From assembly GCA_963798855.1 (NCBI GenBank), contig CAWCUU010000002.1:1364567-1428566 (forward strand): DNA of 64,000 bases, given 5' to 3'. The stretch comes from an uncultured Gemmatimonadales bacterium. Lineage in GTDB: Bacteria; Gemmatimonadota; Gemmatimonadetes; Longimicrobiales; RSA9. Positions 56,001 through 64,000 of the stretch are shown piece after piece. Numbering within the stretch: the first letter of the stretch is position 1; each line of letters starts with the position of its first letter. The notes beneath the pieces are model-generated. The model ran no database searches, was not told the DNA's origin, and saw nothing but the letters and a program-made list of their open reading frames with translations. Both the position numbers and the translations under genes were made by a program.

Positions 56001-57626
56001 TCAGGCCGGACCGGATGCGGCGCCCCGCTCATGGGCGGCGTGTTCCTCCGCCAGCGCCCGCCGCTCCTCCTCCAGCAGCACGCGCCGGAGGATCTTGCCG
56101 GAGGCGGACTTCGGGATCGAGTCGCGGAACTCGAGCGCGCGCACCTTCTTGTACGGCGCGACCCGCTCGGCGACCCAGTCGAGCAGGACGCCGCGCTCGA
56201 TCGGGCGCCGAAGCACGACGAAAGCCTTGGGGATCTCACCCGCCATCGGGTCGGGTCGTCCGATCACGGCGGCGTCCACGACGTCGGGGTGGGAGAGAAG
56301 CACGGCCTCGAGCTCGGCCGGAGCGACCTGCATCCCCTTGTACTTGATCAGCTCCTTGGCGCGATCGACGATGTAGAGGTAGCCGTCGTCATCGGCGTGG
56401 CCGATGTCGCCGGTGCGCAGCCAGCCATCGGGGGTCAGCATGCGCGCCGTCGCCTCCGGCTGGTTCAGGTAGCCCAGCATGACCTGTGGCCCCCGTATCC
56501 ACACCTCTCCGTCCTCGCCTGGCGGCTTCGGCTCTCCCGATCCGAGGTCCACGATCATGAACTCGGTATTCGGCACGGCGAGCCCCGCCGAAGCGACCCG
56601 CAGCCGTGAGGGGTCGGGCGCATTGCAGTGCGTGCCGGGGCTCGTCTCCGTGAGCCCGTATCCCTGGCCGACGATGCAGCCGAGGCGGGACGCGCACGTC
56701 CGGGCCAGCTCCTCGCCGAGCGGGGCCGCGCCGGAGTTGATCCAGCGCAGGGCGGACAGATCGAAGCGGTCCACGGCCGGGTGCTTGGCGAGCGCGAGGA
56801 TGATGGGTGGAACCAGGAACGCGACGGTGACGCGGTAGCGCTCGAGCGTCGCGAGGAACGCCTCCAGATCGAAGCGTGGCATGGTCACGACGGTGCCGCC
56901 GGACCTCAGGACGCTGCCCATGACGACGGTCATGCCGTAGATGTGGAAGAAGGGCAGGATGCCGATGCAGACGTCGTCGTCCCGCAGCACCGAGACCGCG
57001 AGCATCTGCGCCATGTTGGCGACCAGGTTCCGGTGCGTCAGCATGACGCCCTTGGGGAGGCCGGTCGTGCCGCTCGAGTAGGGCAGCGCCACGAGGGCGC
57101 TGGCGAGGTCGAGCGCCGGCTCCGCGCGCGCGGAAGATCGATCGGTCGCCGGATCGCGGCCGGCTCCCGCCGCCGGCTCCCGCAGCAATGTCTCGAACGG
57201 CGTCGCGCCCAATGCCTCGCCGAGCGTGAAGATCTCCTCGACCGCCGTTCCCTCCGTGGCTCTCATCGCCTTCTCGAGCAGAGGCGGGATGGTGACGAGA
57301 AAGCGCGCGCCGGAGTCACGAAGCTGGCGCGAGAGCTCCTCCGCGGTGCTGATCGGATTCGACGTGGTGTTCACGCCGCCGGCGGCGGCCACGGCGCAGA
57401 AGACGACGGCGTACTCCGGCATGTTCGGCGCATCGATCGCGACGACGTCGCCGGGGCGCAGCCCGCGCTCCACGAGACCGGCGGCGGCCGCGGGGACCGC
57501 GCTGGCGAGCCCACCATAGGTCAGAGTGCGGCCGCTCGGGCCGTCGATCAGCGCCGGCTTCTCGTCGCGCTCCGTCGCGTGCTCGAGCACGTATCGGTCG
57601 AAGCGGGCTATCCGGGATCTCGACAT
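56001..57626 (-). CDS. AMP-dependent synthetase/ligase (acyl-CoA / 4-coumarate-CoA ligase family)
   Basis: LPYSSGTTGLPKGV adenylation motif and GYGLTE, plus a C-terminal lid domain. Confidence 0.9.
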   Translation of the reverse strand: MSRSRIARFDRYVLEHATERDEKPALIDGPSGRTLTYGGLASAVPAAAAGLVERGLRPGDVVAIDAPNMPEYAVVFCAVAAAGGVNTTSNPISTAEELSRQLRDSGARFLVTIPPLLEKAMRATEGTAVEEIFTLGEALGATPFETLLREPAAGAGRDPATDRSSARAEPALDLASALVALPYSSGTTGLPKGVMLTHRNLVANMAQMLAVSVLRDDDVCIGILPFFHIYGMTVVMGSVLRSGGTVVTMPRFDLEAFLATLERYRVTVAFLVPPIILALAKHPAVDRFDLSALRWINSGAAPLGEELARTCASRLGCIVGQGYGLTETSPGTHCNAPDPSRLRVASAGLAVPNTEFMIVDLGSGEPKPPGEDGEVWIRGPQVMLGYLNQPEATARMLTPDGWLRTGDIGHADDDGYLYIVDRAKELIKYKGMQVAPAELEAVLLSHPDVVDAAVIGRPDPMAGEIPKAFVVLRRPIERGVLLDWVAERVAPYKKVRALEFRDSIPKSASGKILRRVLLEEERRALAEEHAAHERGAASGPA

Positions 57627-57663
57627 CCGGATAGGGGCTGCGGAAGATCATCGCCGTCCTCGC

Positions 57664-58644
57664 TCAGTCGAGGTCCACGAGCACACCGAGGTCGCGTGCC
57701 TCGGCCGCTTCGAGCACGCGGGCGGCGACGGCCGCATCCTGCGCCGCGTTGCCGACCGCCTTGAAGAACGTGATCTGATCGGCCGAGCGGCGGCCCGGGC
57801 GCGCTCCGGCCACGATCTCGCCGATCTCGTCCACGGCCGACGCGTCGAGGGCGCCGGCCTCGATCGCGTCCACCAGCTCGCCCGCCTCTCGCAGCGCCGC
57901 CTCGCGGCTGTCCACGACGATGCGGGCGCGGCGGATCAGCTCGCGGTCGACCTCGCGCATCGCCGGATCGTAGGAGCCAATACCGTTGACGTGCGTGCCG
58001 GCGTCCACTGTCGCGCCGCGGAATACCGGCGTGGCACTGTCGGTGGCCGCGACGATCAGATCGGCGCCGCGCACGGCGTCGGCCGCATCGGCCGGCGTCG
58101 CGACGCTCGGCGCGTCGGCCTCTCGCCGCAGCTCCTCCGCCAGGCGCCGCGCCAATGCCGCGCTGCGGGATACGATCCGCACCTGTCGGATGGGCCGGAC
58201 CGCGCGAAGCCCGGTGAGCTGCGCGCGAGCCTGCACCCCGGCGCCGAACAGGGCGACCGTGCTCGCGTCGGGTCGGGCGAGCAGGTCGGCGGCGAGGGCG
58301 CCGGCGGCGCCGGTGCGCAGCGCCGTGAGCCAGCCGGCCTCGAGCAACGCCCGCGGCTCTCCGGAGCGAGGGTCGAACAGCAGCGTCGCGGCATTGACGG
58401 AGCGGACGCCGCGCTCCCGGTTGCCCGGGAATACGGAGACCAGCTTTACGCCGAGGGTGCCCGGGTCTGGCAACCAGGCCGGCATGAGCAGGGTCGTCCC
58501 GTCGGGCGTGGCGAGCGACATTCGTACGGGCACGGTCGCACGACCATCGGAGAGCTGCGCGAAGGCGGAGCGCATCGCGTCGATCGCAGCGTGGATGTCG
58601 ATCGCCGCCGCGATCTGGTGTCGCGACAGGACCCTGAGCCGCAC
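57664..58644 (-). CDS. ornithine cyclodeaminase / mu-crystallin family protein
   Basis: 326 aa with Rossmann (ALFGAGVQARAQL) and OCD-family architecture. Confidence 0.9.
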   Translation of the reverse strand: MRLRVLSRHQIAAAIDIHAAIDAMRSAFAQLSDGRATVPVRMSLATPDGTTLLMPAWLPDPGTLGVKLVSVFPGNRERGVRSVNAATLLFDPRSGEPRALLEAGWLTALRTGAAGALAADLLARPDASTVALFGAGVQARAQLTGLRAVRPIRQVRIVSRSAALARRLAEELRREADAPSVATPADAADAVRGADLIVAATDSATPVFRGATVDAGTHVNGIGSYDPAMREVDRELIRRARIVVDSREAALREAGELVDAIEAGALDASAVDEIGEIVAGARPGRRSADQITFFKAVGNAAQDAAVAARVLEAAEARDLGVLVDLD

Positions 58645-58647
58645 CGG

Positions 58648-58923
58648 CTAGCCGCCCGCGATGCTGGGCAGGATCGTGACCGTGTCCCGCTCGGCGAGCG
58701 GCGCCGCGGTCCCGCCGAGACGACGCGCCTCCTCTTCGTTCACGTAGACGTTGACGAAGGAGCGGAGCGTGCCGTCGTCGCGGAAGAGGTGCCGTCGCAG
58801 GCGCGGGTGCCGTCGCGTCAGCTCGCCGAGCGCCTCGCCCACGGTTCCTGCCTGGACGGCGATCTCCGCAGCGCCGTCCGTGTGCTCGCGGAGCACCGCC
58901 GGGATCGCAATGCGTTGAGTCAT
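58648..58923 (-). CDS. MoaD/ThiS-family small sulfur-carrier-like protein (91 aa, C-terminal GG)
   Basis: MTQRIAIPAVLREH...TVTILPSIAGG*. Beta-grasp pattern ending in Gly-Gly. Four nucleotides upstream of the OCD gene. Confidence 0.7.
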   Translation of the reverse strand: MTQRIAIPAVLREHTDGAAEIAVQAGTVGEALGELTRRHPRLRRHLFRDDGTLRSFVNVYVNEEEARRLGGTAAPLAERDTVTILPSIAGG

Positions 58924-59029
58924 GCGCTTAAGTTGACGGGCGTCCCGCGGCTCCGCCAGCGGGCCGGGGCGCGCCGCGGCGCGGTGCGAGGATGCGCGGC
59001 TCGCGGAAAGTCTGGTCTCTGTCGGGAGG

Positions 59030-59959
59030 GTGGTGGCCGTGGAAGCGTTGCGGGAAGTAGCGGTACGCGTGCCGTGCAGCACGTCCAATCTCGGCGCGGG
59101 CTTCGACTGCGTCGGGCTGGCGCTGCGCCGCTACCTCACGGCCGCGTTCCAGCCGGGCGACGGGCCGGGCCTGGAGCTGGAGCGGGCCGGAACGCTCGAC
59201 GGTCTCGACGTGTGTCCGGCCGACGACCTGATCGTGCGCGTCTTCCGCAGCGAGATGCAGCGTCGCGGGTGGCCCGAGGTTGCGGGGCGACTCCGCGTCT
59301 CCTCGGAGATCCCGGTCGGGCGCGGGCTCGGCTCCTCCGCCGCGGCGATCGTCGCGGCCATCGCTCTGGCGGCCGCTGCGATCGGCGCCCTGGTGCAGAC
59401 GGGCGAGGCGCTTGCCGAGGCCGAGCGGTGGGAGGGGCACCCCGACAACGTGGCGCCGGCGCTCCTCGGCGGCCTGCTGGCGGTCGTTCGCCGGGAGGAC
59501 GGGGTCGCACGGCCGATGCGGCTCGGCCTGTCGGAGCACCTGGGCTTCGCCTTCGCCGCCCCCGGTAGCGGCGTCTCGACCGCCGCGGCGCGTGCGGCGC
59601 TGCCGGCCGTGGTGCCGCACGCCGTCGCGGTGCGGGCGGCGGCGCGGATGGCGGCGCTGATCCGCGGGCTCGGCACCGGGGACGAGGACGCGCTGCGCAT
59701 CGCCTTCGCCGACGAGCTGCACGTGCCCTACCGGCTTCCACTCATCCCCCGCGCCGACGCGGTGCTGCACGCCGCGCGCGACGCCGGCGCCTACGCGGTC
59801 ACGATCTCCGGCAGCGGCTCGGGGCTGATCGCGGCGTGCGCGCCCGATGCTGCGCCGGCCATCGCGGATGCGATGCGCGACGCGTTCGGCGACGATCGTG
59901 ATGAGGGTATCATCGCCTTCGCGATGCAGCCGGACTTCCAGGGCGCGAGGCGCGCATGA
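59030..59959 (+). CDS. thrB: homoserine kinase
   Basis: GHMP kinase motifs PVGRGLGSSAA and NLGAGFD. GTG start region preceded by GGGAGG. Confidence 0.9.
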   Translation: MVAVEALREVAVRVPCSTSNLGAGFDCVGLALRRYLTAAFQPGDGPGLELERAGTLDGLDVCPADDLIVRVFRSEMQRRGWPEVAGRLRVSSEIPVGRGLGSSAAAIVAAIALAAAAIGALVQTGEALAEAERWEGHPDNVAPALLGGLLAVVRREDGVARPMRLGLSEHLGFAFAAPGSGVSTAAARAALPAVVPHAVAVRAAARMAALIRGLGTGDEDALRIAFADELHVPYRLPLIPRADAVLHAARDAGAYAVTISGSGSGLIAACAPDAAPAIADAMRDAFGDDRDEGIIAFAMQPDFQGARRA

Positions 59960-61044
59960 GCCGGCACGGAGTCATCGCCCGCTGGGGCACCTGGCTGCCC
60001 ATCACCGCCGAGACGCCCCGCCTGACGCTGCAGGAGGGAGACACGCCGCTGCTGCCGGCGCCCCGCCTCGCGCGTTGGGTCGGGGTCGAGGAGCTGCTGC
60101 TGAAGGTCGAGGGTCTGAACCCGACCGGCTCCTTCAAGGATCGGGGCATGGTGGTGGCCGTCGCGAAGGCGCTCGAGGATGGCGCCGAGACCGTGCTGTG
60201 CGCGTCCACCGGGAACACTTCCGCAAGCGCCTCCGCCTATGCGGCGCGGGCGGGGATCCGCGCCGTGGTGCTGCTCCCCGGCGGAAAGGTCGCGGCCGGA
60301 AAGGTGGCGCAGGCCGTCGTCCACGGCGCCCGCATCGTCTCGCTGCGCGCGAACTTCGACGTCGCGCTGGATCTCGCGCGGGCCATCGTCGCCCGTCACC
60401 CCGCGGTGCTCGTGAATTCCGTGAACCCGTACCGGCTCGAGGGTCAGGCCACCGCCGCCTACGAGATCTGCGAGGCGCTCGGCGGCGCGCCCGACGTACT
60501 GGCGCTCCCGCTCGGCAACGGCGGCAACATCACGGCGTACGCCATGGGGTTTTCGCGCTGGAAAGAGGCGGGGCGCATCGCAGCCCGGCCGGCGCTGATC
60601 GGGGTGCAGGCGGAGGGCGCCGCGCCGTTCGTCGCCGGACACCCGATCGACGCGCCGGAGACCGTCGCGACCGCGATCCGTATCGGCCGCCCGGCGACGT
60701 GGGAGCCGGCGATCGCCGCGGCGACGGAGTCCGGAGGTCACATCCTCGCCGTTCCCGACGACGCCATCCTCGAGGCCTATCATGAGATTCCGCGACAGGA
60801 GGGCGTGTTCTGCGAGCCGGCATCTGCCGCATCGGTCGCCGGGCTGCGGGCCGCGGTGCGGGAAGGCCGCATCGATGCGCGCTCACGCTGCGTGTGCGTG
60901 CTGACCGGAAACGGGCTCAAGGATCCGGCGACCGCGGTGCCGGCCGATTTCCGGGTCGAGGAGCTGGAGGCGGATGAGGCAGGGGTGGTGGCTGCGCTTC
61001 GCTTGCAGGGCAAGGGCAAGGGCAAGGGCAAGGGCCAGGGCTAG
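59956..61044 (+). CDS. thrC: threonine synthase, with an unusual (GK)n C-terminal tail
   Basis: PLP-lysine motif NPTGSFKDRGM. ATGA overlap with thrB. C-terminus GKGKGKGKGQG is encoded by a (GGCAAG)5 microsatellite. Confidence 0.9.
   Translation: MSRHGVIARWGTWLPITAETPRLTLQEGDTPLLPAPRLARWVGVEELLLKVEGLNPTGSFKDRGMVVAVAKALEDGAETVLCASTGNTSASASAYAARAGIRAVVLLPGGKVAAGKVAQAVVHGARIVSLRANFDVALDLARAIVARHPAVLVNSVNPYRLEGQATAAYEICEALGGAPDVLALPLGNGGNITAYAMGFSRWKEAGRIAARPALIGVQAEGAAPFVAGHPIDAPETVATAIRIGRPATWEPAIAAATESGGHILAVPDDAILEAYHEIPRQEGVFCEPASAASVAGLRAAVREGRIDARSRCVCVLTGNGLKDPATAVPADFRVEELEADEAGVVAALRLQGKGKGKGKGQG
61008..61040. repeat. (GGCAAG)5 GGCCAGGGC hexanucleotide microsatellite forming the 3' end of thrC
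   Basis: Read directly. An imperfect inverse copy (CTCGCC)3(CTAGCC)2 sits at ~61401-61430. Confidence 0.8.
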
Positions 61045-61080
61045 GAGGGGAAGAGCGAGGAAGGGAGGAGGTCGGTGGGC

Positions 61081-61338
61081 TCAAAGGTCAGGTGGGGGAG
61101 TGTCGGAGGGGTGAGGGAAGAGGAGGTCGGTGGCGGCGTGGAGCTCGAGGAGGGCGTCGGGGACGCCGAGATCGAGCAGGGCCCGGCGGACGGGAGGCTT
61201 TCGGGCGGGATCGTCGACCACCACCCAGACGCGGTCCGCCGTCACGAGCAGCCGGACCACTCCCTCGATGGCCTGAATCTCGGAACCGAGCCGTCGCACG
61301 ATCGCGTCTGGCTCTTCCGGCGGTGTCACGTCGGTCAT
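61081..61338 (-). CDS. small hypothetical protein (85 aa)
   Basis: Non-junk composition (MTDVTPPEEPDAIVRRLGSEIQAIEGVVRLLVTADRVWVVVDDPARKPP...). No known family. Sits between the hexamer repeat and a hairpin. Confidence 0.3.
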   Translation of the reverse strand: MTDVTPPEEPDAIVRRLGSEIQAIEGVVRLLVTADRVWVVVDDPARKPPVRRALLDLGVPDALLELHAATDLLFPHPSDTPPPDL

Positions 61339-61362
61339 GCATGCAGGGTAGCCCCCGGATGC

Positions 61363-61416
61363 GACGAGGGCGAGGGACCCGGAAGCAGCCCGGCGACTCC
61401 TCGCCCTCGCCCTCGC
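61363..61416 (-). terminator. GC-rich hairpin (GAGGGCGAGGG ... CCCTCGCCCTC, ~11-bp stem, ~25-nt loop) between the lipoprotein gene stop and the small ORF start
   Basis: Self-complementarity read directly. No U-tract, so classification as an intrinsic terminator is weak. Confidence 0.3.
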
Positions 61417-61431
61417 CCTAGCCCTAGCCTC

Positions 61432-62532
61432 TTAGTGATCGTGCGCGTGGTGGAAGGGCTGGAAGACGTTCTCCGCGAAGGCGAAGAGGTCGTCGATGGC
61501 CTGCCAGAGCTTCTGCAGTGCCTGCACGTCCGCGTCGCTCAGAGCGGATCCGTCGGGATGCGTGAATGTCGGGCTCTCGGCGGTCCCGCCAATGATCACC
61601 ATCGCATCGCCGTTGTAGGTGAGCTGACCGTCGATGGAACCGTCCTGCGCCAGCGTGGTGGCGAGCACCGCGGTCGAGCCATCATGCGTGACGGTCATCG
61701 TCACGTCGAAGGTGAAGGGCTCCTCCTGACCTATCGCGATCTGGCCGGTGCCAATCAGGTGGATGGTGTCATCGGTGCCGGACCTCGAGACCGAGTAGTC
61801 GATCGCGAGCTGGAGGAAGTCGGAGCTCTGGGAGATCGTGACGGTCTGCGAGAGGTCGAAGTCGACCTGGCTCGACCCGTCGGAGAGGAGGCCGACCGCG
61901 CCCAGCGTGGCCGTGACCGCCGTCGTGGTCTCCGTGTAGGACGCATCCACGTAATAGTCCGCCAGCACCGCCGAGGTCGGGCTGGTCCGCACGACCTTGA
62001 TGCCGAGGCGCGTAGACGCAGCCGTGCTGAGGTCCGTCAGGTCGACATAGCCCAGAGCGTTCAGCGGCGCCGCCGGCCGTTGGGTAGTCGGGTCGATCGC
62101 GTAGTAGATGATTCGGACGCCGTTCGCCGGCGCGTCCATCGCGTCCGGATCGATCACGTAATACCCGTCGGTCGTGCTCCACACCAGCGTCTTGCCAAGC
62201 AGGTTGGACGGGAACATCGGCAGCCCGGCGGGCTGCTCCGCGTAGCGCCTCGCGCGATCGTACGACGGCAGCAGCCCGGCCGGCGACGTCGGGCCGGGAA
62301 CGAGTTGCGCCGAGATCGTGCCGGCGAGCACATCCGCGGCGAGCCCGATACTGCTCAGCGCGTTCGCGTCGGCCGGCACACCGGTAACGTTCTGCGCGGC
62401 GGTCGCGGCTCCCTGCGGATCGTAGGGGCCGTTCGGCCCGGCCACTTTAGCGGAATCACAGCCCGCGGCGACGAGCCCGATCGCCAGCGCGATCGCGGCC
62501 GTGCGCGCCGGCACGCCGTGTCTGGACCTCAT
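61432..62532 (-). CDS. lipoprotein, function unknown (366 aa)
   Basis: Internal ATG 62532 with GGAGGG RBS. Lipobox MRSRHGVPARTAAIALAIGLVAAGC. Ser/Thr/Asp-rich beta-rich body. Confidence 0.6.
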   Translation of the reverse strand: MRSRHGVPARTAAIALAIGLVAAGCDSAKVAGPNGPYDPQGAATAAQNVTGVPADANALSSIGLAADVLAGTISAQLVPGPTSPAGLLPSYDRARRYAEQPAGLPMFPSNLLGKTLVWSTTDGYYVIDPDAMDAPANGVRIIYYAIDPTTQRPAAPLNALGYVDLTDLSTAASTRLGIKVVRTSPTSAVLADYYVDASYTETTTAVTATLGAVGLLSDGSSQVDFDLSQTVTISQSSDFLQLAIDYSVSRSGTDDTIHLIGTGQIAIGQEEPFTFDVTMTVTHDGSTAVLATTLAQDGSIDGQLTYNGDAMVIIGGTAESPTFTHPDGSALSDADVQALQKLWQAIDDLFAFAENVFQPFHHAHDH

Positions 62533-62830
62533 GTGGGACCCTCCGTCTTGGTTGGCGAGAGGGGTTGCGGCCGGGGACCGACCCCGAAAACGGCGAGGAT
62601 GTGGTGTGGGCAAGCCGCGTTCCGGGGCCGCGGAAACAGCTGAAGTCACTGCGGCCGCTACAGTTGGTAGACGGCTGGCGAGGCCACGGCCGTGATGGGG
62701 TGTGCATTGAGGTGGACAGCAGGCGTACTTTTTTCAGGGCGAGGGGCCGTGCTGGCCCGAAACCGGCAGGAGGATCTGCTGGAGGTCATCGAGGCGCACC
62801 CGCAGAGACTCGTAGAGCCAAATAGATCCA

Positions 62831-64000
62831 GTGATTTCCGGAATCGCCGATCGAATCGGCGCCAACAGGGTGGTGCTCGCGCTGTCCGCGGCTCGCCTGG
62901 CCGATGCGATGGGCAACAGCATCCTGTTCGTCATCATCCCGCTGTACGTCGCACGCCTGCCGTCGCCGGCGTTCGATCTGCCGGAGCCGCTGCTGGTCGG
63001 CGTGCTGATCTCGCTGTACGGCTTCGTGAACTCGCTGGCGCAGCCCGTGGTCGGGGCGCTGACCGACCGGGTCAGCCGTCGCAAGCCGATCATCCTCGTC
63101 GGCCTCGGGATCATGGCGGCCGGCACGCTCGCGTTCGTCTTCGCGACCCGGTTCCTGCACCTGCTGCTGATCCGCGGCGTGCAGGGGCTCGGCGTGGCCA
63201 TGACGATTCCGGCCTCGCTCGCTTTGATGGCGGCGGCCACGGAGACGCGAACGCGCGGCGGCTCGATGGGCATCTACACGAGCATGCGCATGGCCGGCTT
63301 CACGCTGGGGCCGCTGCTCGGCGGTTGGCTCCACGACGCCTTCGGCTTCAAGCCGGCGTTCTACGTCGGGGCGGGCTTCGTGGCGCTGGGGATGCTGCTG
63401 GTGCAGCTGTGGGTGCACGAGGAGCCGATCAATGTCTCACAAACGCGTGGCACCCGCTTCCGACTCTTCGAGCGGCGATTGATCACCCCCGGCATCGTCG
63501 GGCTCGGGATCGCGACGTTCGTCATGGCAGCGGCGTTCACGGAGATGGTGTCGCTGGAGAAGCAGTTCAACACGCGGCTGTCGCAGGGCGCGCTCGGCTT
63601 CGGCGTCGCGTTCAGCGCGCTGATGATCAGCCGGCTGATCTTCCAGATCCCGCTCGGCTCGCTCTCGGACCGGATCGGCCGCAAACCGCTCGTGCTCGCG
63701 GGGCTCGTGCTGATGGCCCCGGCGACGGCGCTGCTCGGGGTCGCCGGCTCCACGCTGCAGCTGACCGCAGTACGCGTGCTGCAGGGGATCGCATCCGCCG
63801 CGATCGCGGCGCCCGCGTTCGCGATGGCGGCGGAGCTCTCGACGGAGGGTGGGCAGGGGCGCCAGATGGCGCTGGTGACAATGGGGTTCGGGCTCGGTAT
63901 CGCGGTCGGGCCGCTGATGGCCGGCGCGCTCGCGGTCGTCTTCTTCGAGCTGCCGTTCCTGGTCGGAGGCGTGCTTTCGCTGCTCGGCGCTTTGATCGTG
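62831..64000 (+). CDS. MFS transporter, 3'-partial (runs off the window)
   Basis: Manual translation from GTG 62831: ...LADAMGNSILFVIIPLYVA...GALTDRVSRRKPIILVGLGIMAAGT... (MFS motif A, 12-TM pattern). Not in the ORF track because there is no stop inside the window. Confidence 0.7.
   Translation, partial: MISGIADRIGANRVVLALSAARLADAMGNSILFVIIPLYVARLPSPAFDLPEPLLVGVLISLYGFVNSLAQPVVGALTDRVSRRKPIILVGLGIMAAGTLAFVFATRFLHLLLIRGVQGLGVAMTIPASLALMAAATETRTRGGSMGIYTSMRMAGFTLGPLLGGWLHDAFGFKPAFYVGAGFVALGMLLVQLWVHEEPINVSQTRGTRFRLFERRLITPGIVGLGIATFVMAAAFTEMVSLEKQFNTRLSQGALGFGVAFSALMISRLIFQIPLGSLSDRIGRKPLVLAGLVLMAPATALLGVAGSTLQLTAVRVLQGIASAAIAAPAFAMAAELSTEGGQGRQMALVTMGFGLGIAVGPLMAGALAVVFFELPFLVGGVLSLLGALIV

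Overview
This is a high-GC (~70%) chromosomal window with dense coding on both strands. The coding content resembles Gemmatimonadota/Acidobacteriota (DUF5916 outer-membrane proteins, ADOP-type permease, abundant lipoproteins); the taxon is inference only. No rRNA, tRNA or CRISPR array was found.

Because of the GC content, roughly half of the six-frame ORFs are spurious Arg/Ala/Pro-rich antisense frames. About 55 of them look like real genes.

Main content:
- An ECF sigma factor operon (sigma, putative anti-sigma, LTXXQ periplasmic protein, TolC, HlyD adaptor, FtsX permease, lipoprotein) with a 30-bp x ~10 tandem repeat in its promoter region.
- Two divergent DUF5916 paralogs, each next to an amino-acid or Na+-coupled transporter.
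- An intact IS element (ISNCY/IS481-like) with an 18-bp target duplication.
- A flotillin/NfeD pair, LemA, Kup, NhaA, a universal stress protein, a PLP decarboxylase, a Ser/Thr kinase with TPR region, thrB-thrC, and a MoaD-like/ornithine-cyclodeaminase/AMP-ligase trio.
- A CPBP protease / beta-propeller lipoprotein / CPBP protease triad.
- A membrane-anchored DEAD-box domain-1 fused to a cold-shock domain.

Most unusual non-coding signals:
- A dispersed family of intergenic arrays built on a GGCGCTGAC core, at five loci and in both orientations. Several form long palindromes, and one pair brackets a four-helix-bundle gene.
- A CTTCACAGTTC motif shared by two low-GC leaders.

Three genes carry apparent frameshifts (an ICMT-family methyltransferase, a BNR/sortilin-like hydrolase, and the kinase/TPR junction). 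These are either pseudogenes or consensus errors.
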